64,000 bases of DNA, taken from NCBI GenBank assembly GCA_040901675.1, contig JBBDYJ010000001.1, forward strand, positions 43,618 to 107,617, in the 5' to 3' direction. The stretch's first letter is position 1. The number at the start of each line of letters is the position of its first letter. This document shows positions 39,165 to 49,188 of this stretch, in pieces. Both the position numbers and the translations under genes were made by a program. Source of the DNA: Pirellulales bacterium (GTDB lineage Bacteria > Planctomycetota > Planctomycetia > Pirellulales > JAICIG01). The notes under the pieces are model-generated. The model was not told the origin of the DNA, did no database searches, and worked only from the letters and a program-made list of their open reading frames with translations.

Positions 39165-41483
39165 ATGCCCACCTTTGTCAATCCGGCGCTGCTCTGGGGA
39201 TTGCTGATCCTCGCGGTGCCGGTCCTGATCCACCTGATCAACCTGCTGCGGCATCGCCGCGTGCCGTGGGCGGCCATGGAGTTCCTGCTGGCCAGCCAGC
39301 GCAAGAACAGCACCTGGATCCGCTTGAAAGAGCTGCTGCTCTTGTTGACGCGGATGGCGGCAATTGCCGCCATCGTGCTCTTGTTGGCCCAGCCCCGCTG
39401 GCAGCACCGGCTGAGCAGCCTCTTTGGCGGCCAGCGGACGCACCACATCGTGCTGCTGGACGACAGTTTTTCCATGGCCGACCGCTGGGCCGATACCAGC
39501 GCCTTCGACCAGGCGATCCGCGTGGTGCAGCGGATCGGCGAGCAGGCGTCCGGCGAACCGGGCGCGCAGAGCTTCACCCTCTTGCGTTTCTCCCAGGCCG
39601 GCGCCGGTGCATCCGATAGCCGGCCCGACTTCCTCAAGGCCTCCATCGATACCCGCTTCGGCAGCCAGCTCAAGGAAGCGCTCGGCCGGATGCGGCCCTC
39701 GCAGATGGCGGTCGGACCCGGCGAGGCGGTCAAGGCGTTCGAGCAGTTAGTCGGCCCGGCCGACGACGAGGACCGCGTGGTCTACCTGGTGTCCGATTTC
39801 CGTGCCGCCGATTGGGACCAACCCGGCGAGCTGGCCAAGGCCCTAGCCCGGCTCGACCAGTCGCGCGCCGCCCTGCGGCTGATCGACTGCGTGGACATGG
39901 CCCGCCCCAACCTGGCCATCACCGACCTGGCGCCGCAGCCGGGCACGCAGGCGGCCGGCGTGCCCTTGGCGATGGCCGTCACGGTCAAGAACTTCGGCAG
40001 CGACGCGGTGCGCGGCGTCTCCGTGCTGCTCGAAGAAGACGGCCGGCCCCGCGGCGCGGTCGAAATCGACCACGTCGCTCCGGGCGAGAGTGAGACCCGG
40101 CGGTTCGCCGTCTTCTTTTCCACCGCCGGCGACCACGTGGTGGCCGCCAGCCTGGAAAGCGACGCGGTCGAGATCGACAACGCGCGCTACTGCCTGGTCG
40201 ACTTGCCGCCCGCCGTGCCCGTGTTGCTGGTCGACGGTGCCGCCGGCACTCCGCACGCCCGCTTCCTGGCGGCGGCGTTGGCACCGGGCGGCGCGGTCAA
40301 CACGGGCATCAACCCGCGCATCGAGCCGCCTGCCTACCTCAACAACAACCCGCTCGACAAGTTCCAGGCCGTTTACCTGCTGGACGTGCCCCGCCTCGAC
40401 CAGCCGGCCATCGATGCGCTGGAAGAGTATGTCCGCGCGGGCGGAGGCCTGGGCGTGTTCCTGGGCGACAACGTCCGGGCCCCCTTCTACAATCAAAAGC
40501 TGTACCGCGGCGGACAAGGCTTGCTGCCGATGCCGCTGGCGTCCAAGATCCAACTGCTGGTCGACCGGCTGGAAACGGGGCCCGACCTGGAAGTGGCGGT
40601 CCGCCATCCGGTGTTCAAGATCTTCGCCGGCGAACGCAACAGCTTCCTGGCGGCCGTTTCAGTCGACTGGTACATCGCGACGCCCAAGGATTGGCAGCCC
40701 GAGACCGACTCGACGGCCGAAGTGGTCGCCCGCCTGCGCAACGGCGCCCCGTTGGCCGTCGAGCATCAATTCGGCGCCGGCCGCGTGATGGTGTTCACGA
40801 CGACGGCCGCGCCCCTCTGGAACAACTGGGGCCGCAACCCCAGCTTTGTCGTGGCCGTGCTGGAGATGCAGTCGCACCTGGCCGGGTCGGCCGCCCGCGA
40901 GGCCCCGCGGCTGGTCGGCTCGCCCATCCAGGTCCAGCTCGATCCGGCCCGCTATCGACCGCAGGTCCGCCTGGTCGCGCCGTCCGGCCCGGAGCCGGGC
41001 AGCGGGGCAGCAGGCGGCGGCGAGCCCGGCCCCGCGGCCGAGGGAACGGGACAAGTTCCAGGGGCAGGGGCTGACGTTGTCGCGGGCGCGCCGCCGGCTG
41101 TCGATGGCGTGCCGCTGGTGATCGACGCCGCCCAGGGTCCGGAGGGATTGACGGCCTCGTTCCCGCGGGCACAGCGCCGCGGCGTGTACGAGCTCGTGTT
41201 GACCACGGCCGAAAACAAGCCGGAGGTCCGCCGCCTCGTGTTCAACGTCGAAGCGGCCGAGGGCGACCTGGCCATCATCGGCGGCGACGAGCTGGCTTCC
41301 CGGCTGCCCGGCGTCCGCTACGAGTTCCGCCAGGCGGCCGATTTCCATTTATCGCCGCGCGAGCTGGCCGGCGCCAACCTGGGTCATTGGGTCCTGTATC
41401 TGCTGGTGGCCCTGTTGTTGGGCGAGCAAGCCCTGGCGTATTCGGCCAGTTACCATCCACCGGCCAGGGAGGGCGCGCCTTGA
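39165..41483 (+). CDS. BatA-domain / vWA membrane protein
   Basis: N-terminal PVLIHLINL...WAAMEFL (BatA-like), MIDAS DDSFS, C-terminal TM. Confidence 0.88.
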   Translation: MPTFVNPALLWGLLILAVPVLIHLINLLRHRRVPWAAMEFLLASQRKNSTWIRLKELLLLLTRMAAIAAIVLLLAQPRWQHRLSSLFGGQRTHHIVLLDDSFSMADRWADTSAFDQAIRVVQRIGEQASGEPGAQSFTLLRFSQAGAGASDSRPDFLKASIDTRFGSQLKEALGRMRPSQMAVGPGEAVKAFEQLVGPADDEDRVVYLVSDFRAADWDQPGELAKALARLDQSRAALRLIDCVDMARPNLAITDLAPQPGTQAAGVPLAMAVTVKNFGSDAVRGVSVLLEEDGRPRGAVEIDHVAPGESETRRFAVFFSTAGDHVVAASLESDAVEIDNARYCLVDLPPAVPVLLVDGAAGTPHARFLAAALAPGGAVNTGINPRIEPPAYLNNNPLDKFQAVYLLDVPRLDQPAIDALEEYVRAGGGLGVFLGDNVRAPFYNQKLYRGGQGLLPMPLASKIQLLVDRLETGPDLEVAVRHPVFKIFAGERNSFLAAVSVDWYIATPKDWQPETDSTAEVVARLRNGAPLAVEHQFGAGRVMVFTTTAAPLWNNWGRNPSFVVAVLEMQSHLAGSAAREAPRLVGSPIQVQLDPARYRPQVRLVAPSGPEPGSGAAGGGEPGPAAEGTGQVPGAGADVVAGAPPAVDGVPLVIDAAQGPEGLTASFPRAQRRGVYELVLTTAENKPEVRRLVFNVEAAEGDLAIIGGDELASRLPGVRYEFRQAADFHLSPRELAGANLGHWVLYLLVALLLGEQALAYSASYHPPAREGAP

Positions 41484-43924
41484 TCATTGCCGCCGTGACA
41501 TCCGCCGAGTCCACGCTGCGGACCTCCTTTGAATGGGGCCGGATCCAGGCACCCTCCGACTGGCTGCTGCCGCTGGCGGTCTCGGCCGCCGTGCTGGCTT
41601 ACGTCTGGTTCATGTACCGCCGCGACAGCGCCGAGTTGAGCGCCCCGGTCGGCGTGCTGCTGACCGGCTTGCGGATGGCCGCCTTCGTGGGCTTGCTGGT
41701 GGTGTACCTCGAGCCCCAATGGCGCAACGAGCGCGACCAGATCTACAACTCGCGGGTGCTGTTGTTGGCCGATACCAGCTTGAGCATGGGCCTGGTCGAC
41801 CACGATTCCTCGCCCGTGCCGGCCGAGCCAAGCCGCGGGCAAAAGGTGATCGCCGCCTTGTCGCAGGGCGGCCTTCTGAAGGCCCTGCGCGCCAAGCACG
41901 ACGTGGTGCTGGTCCGTTTCGATTCCGACTCGGGGCGGGTCGTCTCGCTGGAAAAGCTCCCGGCCGCGGCGGACGACGGCCAGACCGCCGAGACAGGCGA
42001 TGCCCAGGTCATGGACGAGAGCCAGTGGCAGCAGGCGCTGGCGCCGCGCGGCCCCGAGACGCGCCTGGGACAGGCCCTGCGCCAGTTGATCAGCGAAGAA
42101 CAGGCGGCGCCGGTGGCCGGCGTCGTGGTATTTACCGATGGCGGCCATAATGCGGGGATTGAGCCGGCAGCGGCCGTCGGCCTGGCCCGCGAAGCCGGGA
42201 TCGCCATCTACCCCGTCGGCATCGGATCGCTGGAGCAGCCGGTCAACGTGCGGGTCAGCGATTTTGTGGCGCCGGCCCGCGCTTATCCGGGCGACAGCTA
42301 CACGGCCACCGGCTACATCCAGGCTCAAGGCCTGGCCGGAAAGGTCGTGAACCTGGAGCTCTACTCGCGCGACGCGGCCAGCGGCCCGGCGCCGGGGCCG
42401 GGCCAGGCCGGCCAGCTCGAAGACAGCCAGGAGCTGGTGCTGGGCGGCGACGGCGAAGTCGTGCCGGTCACGTTCACCTTGACCCCCTCGGTCGTCGGAC
42501 GGCGGACCTTGCGGCTGCGCGTGGCCGCGCCGGCCGAGGACCGCCACACGGGAGATAACCAACAGGAAGTCGATATCGAAGTGGTCGACCGCAAGAGCCG
42601 CGTGCTGCTGTTCGCCGGCGGGCCGTCGCGCGAGTACCAGTTCCTGCGCAACCAATTGCGGCGCGACCGCGATGTCGAAGTCGACGTGCTGCTTCAGACC
42701 GGCAGCCAGGGCATCTCGCAGGATGCCCACCAGATCCTCGGCGAGTTTCCCCTGCAGCCCGAAGAGCTGTTCGCCTACGATTGCATCGTCGCCTTCGATC
42801 CCGACTGGCGCCGGTTGTCCCAGGCCCAGCAGGAGCTCGTCCAGCGGTGGGTTGGCGACCACGCCGGCGGGTTGATTGTCGTGGCCGGACCGATCTACAC
42901 CGACCAGTGGGCGCAGGATCCCGCCATGAGCCGCATCCGCACCCTGTACCCCGTCGAGTTCGAGCGGCGATTCTCCCTGCTGGACGATGCCCGCTACGGG
43001 TCCAGCGAACCCTGGCCCATCGAGTTCAGCCGCGACGGGTTGGAAGCGGAGTTTCTCTGGCTCGAAGAGTCCGCGCCGGCCAGCAGCCGCGCCTGGCAGG
43101 AATTCGACGGCGTGTTCGGCCACTACGCGGTACGCGGTCCGAAGCCGGCCGCCACCGTCTACGGCCGCTTCTCCGACCCGCAGTCGGCGGCCGGCAGCCA
43201 GCAGCCCGTCTACCTGGCGGGCGGGTTCTTCGGCTCGGGCCGCGTGTTCTACCTGGGCAGCGGCGAGATGTGGCGGCTGCGGGCGCACGACGAGGCCTGG
43301 TTCGAGCGGTTCTACACCAAGCTGATCCGGCACGTGACGCAGGGCCGGCTGCTGCGCGGCAGCACCCGTGGAGTCCTGCTGGTGGAGCGCGACCGCTACC
43401 TGCTGGGTGGCACCGTCGATGTCCGCGCGCAGTTGTCCGATGCTCGCCTCGAGCCGCTCGAGCTGCCCGCCGTGACGCTGGAGGTCACCTCGCCCGACGG
43501 CCTGCGCGATACCTTGCCGTTGAGCGCCGATCCGCAGCGGGCCGGCAACTATCGAGGCCAGTTCACCGTCCGCAAGGAAGGCGTGTATCAACTGGAACTG
43601 CCCGTGCCCGAAAGCCAGGAGCGGCTCGCCCGCCGGATCCAGGTCAAGGTGCCCGATCTGGAGCGCGAGAACCCCCAGCGCAACGACGCCCTGCTCAGCG
43701 AGCTGGCCGGCAAAACAGGCGGCATCTATTACGTGGGACTCGAGTCGGCCCTGGGCAAAGACCTGTCCGGAGGCCCCCTCGTCGAGCGTTTGCCCGACAA
43801 GAGCCGAACCGTCACCTTGACCGCCATCCCTACGCGGCTTTGGGACAATCCATGGACCTTGCTGCTGCTTTCGGGCGTCTTATGTCTGGAGTGGCTGGTG
43901 CGCCGGCTGGTCAAGCTGGCATGA
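41480..43924 (+). CDS. Membrane vWA protein with glutamine-amidotransferase-like domain
   Basis: TTG start overlapping the upstream TGA; two N-terminal TMs, MIDAS DTSLS, FTDGG; C-terminal LEWLVRRL. Confidence 0.85.
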   Translation: MIIAAVTSAESTLRTSFEWGRIQAPSDWLLPLAVSAAVLAYVWFMYRRDSAELSAPVGVLLTGLRMAAFVGLLVVYLEPQWRNERDQIYNSRVLLLADTSLSMGLVDHDSSPVPAEPSRGQKVIAALSQGGLLKALRAKHDVVLVRFDSDSGRVVSLEKLPAAADDGQTAETGDAQVMDESQWQQALAPRGPETRLGQALRQLISEEQAAPVAGVVVFTDGGHNAGIEPAAAVGLAREAGIAIYPVGIGSLEQPVNVRVSDFVAPARAYPGDSYTATGYIQAQGLAGKVVNLELYSRDAASGPAPGPGQAGQLEDSQELVLGGDGEVVPVTFTLTPSVVGRRTLRLRVAAPAEDRHTGDNQQEVDIEVVDRKSRVLLFAGGPSREYQFLRNQLRRDRDVEVDVLLQTGSQGISQDAHQILGEFPLQPEELFAYDCIVAFDPDWRRLSQAQQELVQRWVGDHAGGLIVVAGPIYTDQWAQDPAMSRIRTLYPVEFERRFSLLDDARYGSSEPWPIEFSRDGLEAEFLWLEESAPASSRAWQEFDGVFGHYAVRGPKPAATVYGRFSDPQSAAGSQQPVYLAGGFFGSGRVFYLGSGEMWRLRAHDEAWFERFYTKLIRHVTQGRLLRGSTRGVLLVERDRYLLGGTVDVRAQLSDARLEPLELPAVTLEVTSPDGLRDTLPLSADPQRAGNYRGQFTVRKEGVYQLELPVPESQERLARRIQVKVPDLERENPQRNDALLSELAGKTGGIYYVGLESALGKDLSGGPLVERLPDKSRTVTLTAIPTRLWDNPWTLLLLSGVLCLEWLVRRLVKLA

Positions 43925-43946
43925 GAGCCGACCAAGAATCACAACC

Positions 43947-46199
43947 ATGACCGTGCAAGAACAACCACGCCTGGCCGACAACCTCCGCCTCCTGCTGGCC
44001 CGTTTGCGCCGCGGCGTCAGGCGCTACGTGCTCGTCGAAGGATTGGCCGCCACGCTCGTGGTCATGGTGCTCGCCTTTTGGGCCGCTCTGGCCATCGACT
44101 GGCTGTTCGAGCCGCCCCGCGCCGCGCGCATCGCGATGCTTTCCGCCGGCGCGCTGGCGGCCGGCTGGATCTTCTTTCGCCTGGTCCTGGCGCGCCTGCT
44201 CGTGCCACTCAGCGACCGCAGCCTGGCGCTCGTGCTGGAGCGCCGCTACAGCGACTTTGAAGACGGCCTGCTCACCGCCGTCGAGCTGACCGGCCAGCCG
44301 CGGCTGCCGGCCGAGACGCTCGATCACGGCCGGCAGATGCTGGCCCATACCTGCCGCCAGGCTTCGGCCAAGGCCGGCCGCGTGCACCTGGCCGACGTGT
44401 TCGATCCCGCCCCGCTGAAGCGGGCCTTGATTGCCGCCGGACTGCTGGCCGCCTCGCTGGTCGTCTTCGCCTTGGCGGCCCCCGCCGCCTTCCTGCTCGG
44501 AGTGCAGCGGCTGGCGGCGGTCACGGACCAGCCTTGGCCCCGCCGCACGCACCTGGTGATCGAGGATTTCAAGAACAACGAAAAGGTCGTGGCCCGCGGC
44601 ACGGACCTGGAGGTGCTGGTCCGGGCCAAGACCGAGCGGCCGCTGGTTGTGCCCCGCGTGGTCCAGGTGCGTTACAGCTCGGACGAGGGCCGGCGCGAGC
44701 GCAAGAACATGGTCCGCGAGGGCAGCGCGGTCGCGGGGCGCGATCCGTTCCAGGATTTCAAGTACACCTTCCAGAGCGTGCTCTCGAACATCCGCTTCGA
44801 CGTGCTGGGCGGAGACGCCCGCATCAGCGATCTCCGCATTCGGGTCGTCGATAGTCCGACGATCAGCATGGTGCTGGCCTGCCGCTATCCCGATTACATC
44901 GGGCGCTTGCCGGCCGAGATGCCCGCCTCGGGCGTCGTCGCACTGCCCAGGGGGACGCACCTGACGGTCAAGGCCCGTGCCAATAAGGACCTGATCAGCG
45001 TCCAGGTGGACTACATGGCCGATCCCGACACGGCGGCCAGCGATACGATCGCCCTGGCCGAAGAGCGGCAGTTCGAGTTCGTCCTGGACCGGCTCGACTT
45101 CGATCAGACGCTTTCTTTCACCATGCTCGATACCGACGGCATCCGCAATCGCCAGCCGGTCCAGCTTGCCCTGGTCGCGACGCCGGACGAACCACCGCAA
45201 GTCGCCCTGCGGCTGGAGGGCATCGGCTCCGCCGTTACGCCGCAAGCCAGGCTGCCCATCGCGGGACGGATTACCGACGACTACGGCATCGCTCAGACCT
45301 GGGTCGAATACACGATCGACGAGCAACCGTCCCGGCAGCAGCCGCTCGCCGCCGCGGCCGGCAGGACCGAGCTGGCCATCGACGAGGCATTCGAGATCGG
45401 TCCACTCGACTTGAAACCGGGCCAGAAATTGCTGGTGGGAACCAAGGCCGCCGACAACCATTCTCTGCCCGGCAACCCGGAGCCGAACCTGGGCCAGGGT
45501 GAGCGGTTCCTGCTCGACGTGGTCACCAGCGAAGCTTTGCGGGCGATTCTTGAAGGGCGCGAGTTGAACCTCCGGCAGCGTTTTGAAACAATCATCGAGG
45601 AGGTCACCGACAGCCGCGACAGCCTGGCGGCGCTGGAACTGGGCGATTCATCTGCCGAACCGGTCGCACTGCCCGATCCGCTCGACGACCCGGCCGACGC
45701 GCCTCTCTCCGCCCAGCAGGTGCTCTCGCGCCGGACCCTGCGGGTTCAGCGGGTGCGGCAGAATGGCGAGAAAAATGCCGAGGAAACCCGTGGCATCGCG
45801 ATTTCGTTCGACGGTATCCGGGCCGAGCTGGTCAACAATCGCCTCGACACCGAAGAGCTCCGAATGCGGCTGGAAGATAACATCGCCCGGCCCTTGAAGG
45901 AGATTGCCGACGCGATGTTCCCCGAGCTCGAGCGGCGGCTGGAGCAACTCCAGCGGGGTTTGCCCGCCGAAGCTTCGCCCCTGCAGGCAAAACAGGCCGC
46001 CGTCGAGCAAATGGACGCAATTCTCGTCCGAATGTTGCAGGTTCGCGATAAAATGCTGGAACTGGAGACGTTCAATGAGGCGGTGCAGTTGCTCCGCGAA
46101 ATCGTGGCCGCCCAGAAAGAGGTCACCGAGCAAACCAGGAAAGAGCGGCTCGAAAAGGTCAAAAGCCTTTTAGAAGATGAAGATATCGACGATGAATAG
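43947..46199 (+). CDS. Hypothetical membrane protein (TMs, Ig-like region, coiled coil)
   Basis: Three N-terminal TMs, DDYGI motif, heptad-rich C-terminus; in operon. Confidence 0.8.
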   Translation: MTVQEQPRLADNLRLLLARLRRGVRRYVLVEGLAATLVVMVLAFWAALAIDWLFEPPRAARIAMLSAGALAAGWIFFRLVLARLLVPLSDRSLALVLERRYSDFEDGLLTAVELTGQPRLPAETLDHGRQMLAHTCRQASAKAGRVHLADVFDPAPLKRALIAAGLLAASLVVFALAAPAAFLLGVQRLAAVTDQPWPRRTHLVIEDFKNNEKVVARGTDLEVLVRAKTERPLVVPRVVQVRYSSDEGRRERKNMVREGSAVAGRDPFQDFKYTFQSVLSNIRFDVLGGDARISDLRIRVVDSPTISMVLACRYPDYIGRLPAEMPASGVVALPRGTHLTVKARANKDLISVQVDYMADPDTAASDTIALAEERQFEFVLDRLDFDQTLSFTMLDTDGIRNRQPVQLALVATPDEPPQVALRLEGIGSAVTPQARLPIAGRITDDYGIAQTWVEYTIDEQPSRQQPLAAAAGRTELAIDEAFEIGPLDLKPGQKLLVGTKAADNHSLPGNPEPNLGQGERFLLDVVTSEALRAILEGRELNLRQRFETIIEEVTDSRDSLAALELGDSSAEPVALPDPLDDPADAPLSAQQVLSRRTLRVQRVRQNGEKNAEETRGIAISFDGIRAELVNNRLDTEELRMRLEDNIARPLKEIADAMFPELERRLEQLQRGLPAEASPLQAKQAAVEQMDAILVRMLQVRDKMLELETFNEAVQLLREIVAAQKEVTEQTRKERLEKVKSLLEDEDIDDE

Positions 46200-46215
46200 A
46201 AGAAGGGGATTCATC

Positions 46216-48030
46216 ATGTTCCGACGCCGTGCGGTCGAATGGCGCTTCTGCGGCCTGCTGTGCCTGGCACTGGCGGCGGCAACGCTGGAGCGGTTGGCCA
46301 ACGCCCAGCAGCCTGGCAGGCCCGAACCCGCTGAAGCCGCCGAACCCCAACCGGCCGACGCCGCTGCTCAACCCGCCGCCCAGCCCTCAGGCGCCGACGA
46401 GCTGCCGCTGGCCCAGGAGCAGGTCTCGGCCCGCTACAAGCGGTTCGAGGAGGTGCTGCTGCGCATGGCCGAGCTGACCGCGGCCACCGATCCCAAGCGG
46501 GCGGCCCTGCTGCGCAAGGCGGTGTCGCAAAGCAAGGACCGCCTGATCGGCCTGCAGCTCGACCAGATTGTCGACCTGCTGAAAAGCGACCGGCTGGCCA
46601 ACGCCTTCAGCAACCAGCAAGAGGTCGAGCAAGACCTCTCGCAGTTGCTCGAGTTGCTCTTGTCCGAAGAGCGCGGGCAGCGGGTCAAGGATGAGCAGCA
46701 GCGGATCAAGGAGCAAATCCAGCGGCTCAACGAGCTGATCAACAAGCAGCAGCAGCTTCAGGGGCAGACCATCAGCGGCAGCGAGGCCCAAGGCCTGGCC
46801 AAGGGGCAAGGCAAGCTGGGAGACGAAACCGGAAAGCTTGCCCGCGACATGAAACAACCGGGCGACGAACAGGGCGAGGACTCCGACGGCCAGGGCGAGG
46901 AGAAAACTGGCGAAGGTAAAGGTGAGGGCGAAGGCGAAGGCGAAGGCGAAGGCAAAGGTGAGGGCGAAGGCAAAAGCGAAGGTCAGGGTGAGGGCAAAGG
47001 CAAAGGGGAAGGACAGGGCGAAGGCGAAGGGGAAGAAAAAGGCGAGCAGGGAGAAGGCGAGGGCCAAGGTCAGGGGGAAGAACAAGGTGAAGGGCAGGGT
47101 GAGGGGGAAGGGCAGGGCGAGGGACAAGGACAGGGTCAAGGCGAGGGACAAGGACAAGGTCAAGGAGAGGGACAAGGACAAGATCAGGGCCAAGGCGAGC
47201 CCTCCGAGCCGGCCGACCGCGCACGCAACCGTGTCCAGGCCGCACAGCAACGAATGGAAGAGGCCCGCCTCAAACTGGAGAAAGCCCAGCGCGAAGGAGC
47301 GATTCAAGAGCAGGAAGAGGCCCTGCGCAACCTGGAAAAAGCCAAGGCCGAACTCGAGGAGATCCTCCGCCAGCTCCGCGAAGAAGAGCTGATGCGCACG
47401 CTGGCGATGCTCGAGGCCCGCTTCCGCAAGATGCTCCAGATGCAGTTGGAAGTCTACGAGGGCACGTTGCGGCTGGACCGCGTCGCCGATACCGACCGGG
47501 GCCGCAACGACGAGATCGAAGCCGGGCGGCTCAGCCGCCGGGAGTCGCTGATCATCGTCGAGGCCGACAGCGCGTTGTCGGTGCTGCGCGAGGAAGGCTC
47601 GGCCGTGGCCTTCCCCGAGGCGGTCGAGCAGATGCGCGACGACATGCAGCAGGTGGCCGCCTGGCTGGCGCAGGCCAAGGTGGGCTCCAACACGCAAGAG
47701 CTGGAAGAAGACATCGTCGCCGCCCTGGAAGAGATGATCGAGGCCCTCAAGCAGGCGCAAAGGGACCAGGAGCAGCAACAGCAGCAGCAGCAACCGGCCG
47801 GCTCCGAGCCGGAAGATCCGGCGCTGATCGACACGCTGGCCGAGCTGAGGATGATCCGCTCGCTGCAAATGCGGGTGAACAACCGCACCCAACGTTATTC
47901 CAAGCTGGTCGAAGGCGAAGTCGGCCAGGCCGACAAACCGGACTTGCTCGAAGCGCTCGAGCGTTTGAGCGAGCGCGAAGCGCGGATCTTTCGCGCTACC
48001 CGCGACATCGTAGTAGGAAAGAACAAATGA
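46216..48030 (+). CDS. Exported coiled-coil protein with a central Gly/Glu/Gln low-complexity tract
   Basis: Signal peptide (start 46216 or 46177); helical halves flanking GEG/QGQ repeats. Confidence 0.82.
   Translation: MFRRRAVEWRFCGLLCLALAAATLERLANAQQPGRPEPAEAAEPQPADAAAQPAAQPSGADELPLAQEQVSARYKRFEEVLLRMAELTAATDPKRAALLRKAVSQSKDRLIGLQLDQIVDLLKSDRLANAFSNQQEVEQDLSQLLELLLSEERGQRVKDEQQRIKEQIQRLNELINKQQQLQGQTISGSEAQGLAKGQGKLGDETGKLARDMKQPGDEQGEDSDGQGEEKTGEGKGEGEGEGEGEGKGEGEGKSEGQGEGKGKGEGQGEGEGEEKGEQGEGEGQGQGEEQGEGQGEGEGQGEGQGQGQGEGQGQGQGEGQGQDQGQGEPSEPADRARNRVQAAQQRMEEARLKLEKAQREGAIQEQEEALRNLEKAKAELEEILRQLREEELMRTLAMLEARFRKMLQMQLEVYEGTLRLDRVADTDRGRNDEIEAGRLSRRESLIIVEADSALSVLREEGSAVAFPEAVEQMRDDMQQVAAWLAQAKVGSNTQELEEDIVAALEEMIEALKQAQRDQEQQQQQQQPAGSEPEDPALIDTLAELRMIRSLQMRVNNRTQRYSKLVEGEVGQADKPDLLEALERLSEREARIFRATRDIVVGKNK
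46861..47199 (+). repeat. Coding low-complexity repeat (GE/GQ/GK)
   Basis: Purine-rich GGYGAR/GGNCAR dicodon runs. Confidence 0.9.
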
Positions 48031-49100
48031 ACCGAAAACCCGGCTTACTCGTCTCGAACCAGCTCGGCCTGGCCGCTTTGGCGGTGCTGGGCATCTTGTG
48101 TCCCACGGCCGCGGTCGCTCAGAACGCCGACCGCTTGCCCTCCCAGCCAGCGCTGGCCGCTCCCGCGTTCGACGAGGTCCGGGCCCTGGCCATGACCTGG
48201 CTCGACGAGAGCAAAGCGGACCCGGCCGTCCGCGAACAGGCGTTGGAGCTCTGGCAGTCGGCACAGGTCGGCGGCATTGCCGCTCTGGACGCGCTCGCCG
48301 GCACGTTTGCGCTGGCTGATCCTCGAGCGGCCCGGCTTCTAGAAATCTGCCGGAAGCCGCGGCCCCGCGGACCGCTGGCCGAGCAGGACTGGCTCGCGGC
48401 CGAAGACACGCCACCGCTGGTCCGCAACAACCTGCGGCTTGTATACGGCCGCTGGCTGGCCCAGCAGGGCCTGTACGACGAGCTGCTCGCTCAGCTTTCG
48501 GACATCAAGCCGGCCGACGTGGTCGATCCGGCCTCGCTATTGTTCTACCAGGGCGTGGCCCATCACCGGCTTCTCAACAAGCAGGAAGGGTTGGCCGCGA
48601 TCGGCACGCTGTTGAACCAGGTGGCTGCAAGTCCGCGGCGATTTGCGGCCGTGGCCGCCCTGATGCAGCACGACCTGGAAGCGCTCGAGGACGAGTCGTT
48701 GGACCACATTGCCCGCCGCATGGACGACATCCGCCGCCGGCTGGAGTTGGGGCGTGCGGGCAGCAAGGTCCGCAAGATCGAAGACGACGTGATCGCATCG
48801 CTCGACAAATTGATTGAAGAGATGGAGCAGCAGCAACAGCAGCAGCAGAGTGCCGCCTCCGGCGGTGGATCCTCCCGTCCGTCGGCGCCCATGCCCGACA
48901 GCCGGCTGGCCCGGGCCGCCGGCGCCGGCGACGTCAACCGCCGAGACCTGGGCGACTCGTCGGGCTGGGGCAACCTGCCGGCCCGCCAACGCGAGGAGGC
49001 CCTGCAGCAGATCGGCAAGGATTTCCCCGCGCACTACCGTGACGCGATCGAGCAGTATTTCCGCAAGCTGGCCAGTGAGACCGAAACCCCGCGCGAATAA
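48027..49100 (+). CDS. Exported helical hypothetical protein
   Basis: ATGA overlap, signal peptide, poly-Q linker, C-terminal WGNLP...YRDAIEQYFRKLA. Confidence 0.82.
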   Translation: MNRKPGLLVSNQLGLAALAVLGILCPTAAVAQNADRLPSQPALAAPAFDEVRALAMTWLDESKADPAVREQALELWQSAQVGGIAALDALAGTFALADPRAARLLEICRKPRPRGPLAEQDWLAAEDTPPLVRNNLRLVYGRWLAQQGLYDELLAQLSDIKPADVVDPASLLFYQGVAHHRLLNKQEGLAAIGTLLNQVAASPRRFAAVAALMQHDLEALEDESLDHIARRMDDIRRRLELGRAGSKVRKIEDDVIASLDKLIEEMEQQQQQQQSAASGGGSSRPSAPMPDSRLARAAGAGDVNRRDLGDSSGWGNLPARQREEALQQIGKDFPAHYRDAIEQYFRKLASETETPRE

Positions 49101-49188
49101 AACGCCCCGGCCGCCGCTCACCTGGCCGTGGCCCGGTCGAGGCGGCGGCGTGTCCATGTATCCATACAGCACAAACAGTGAGTGATTC

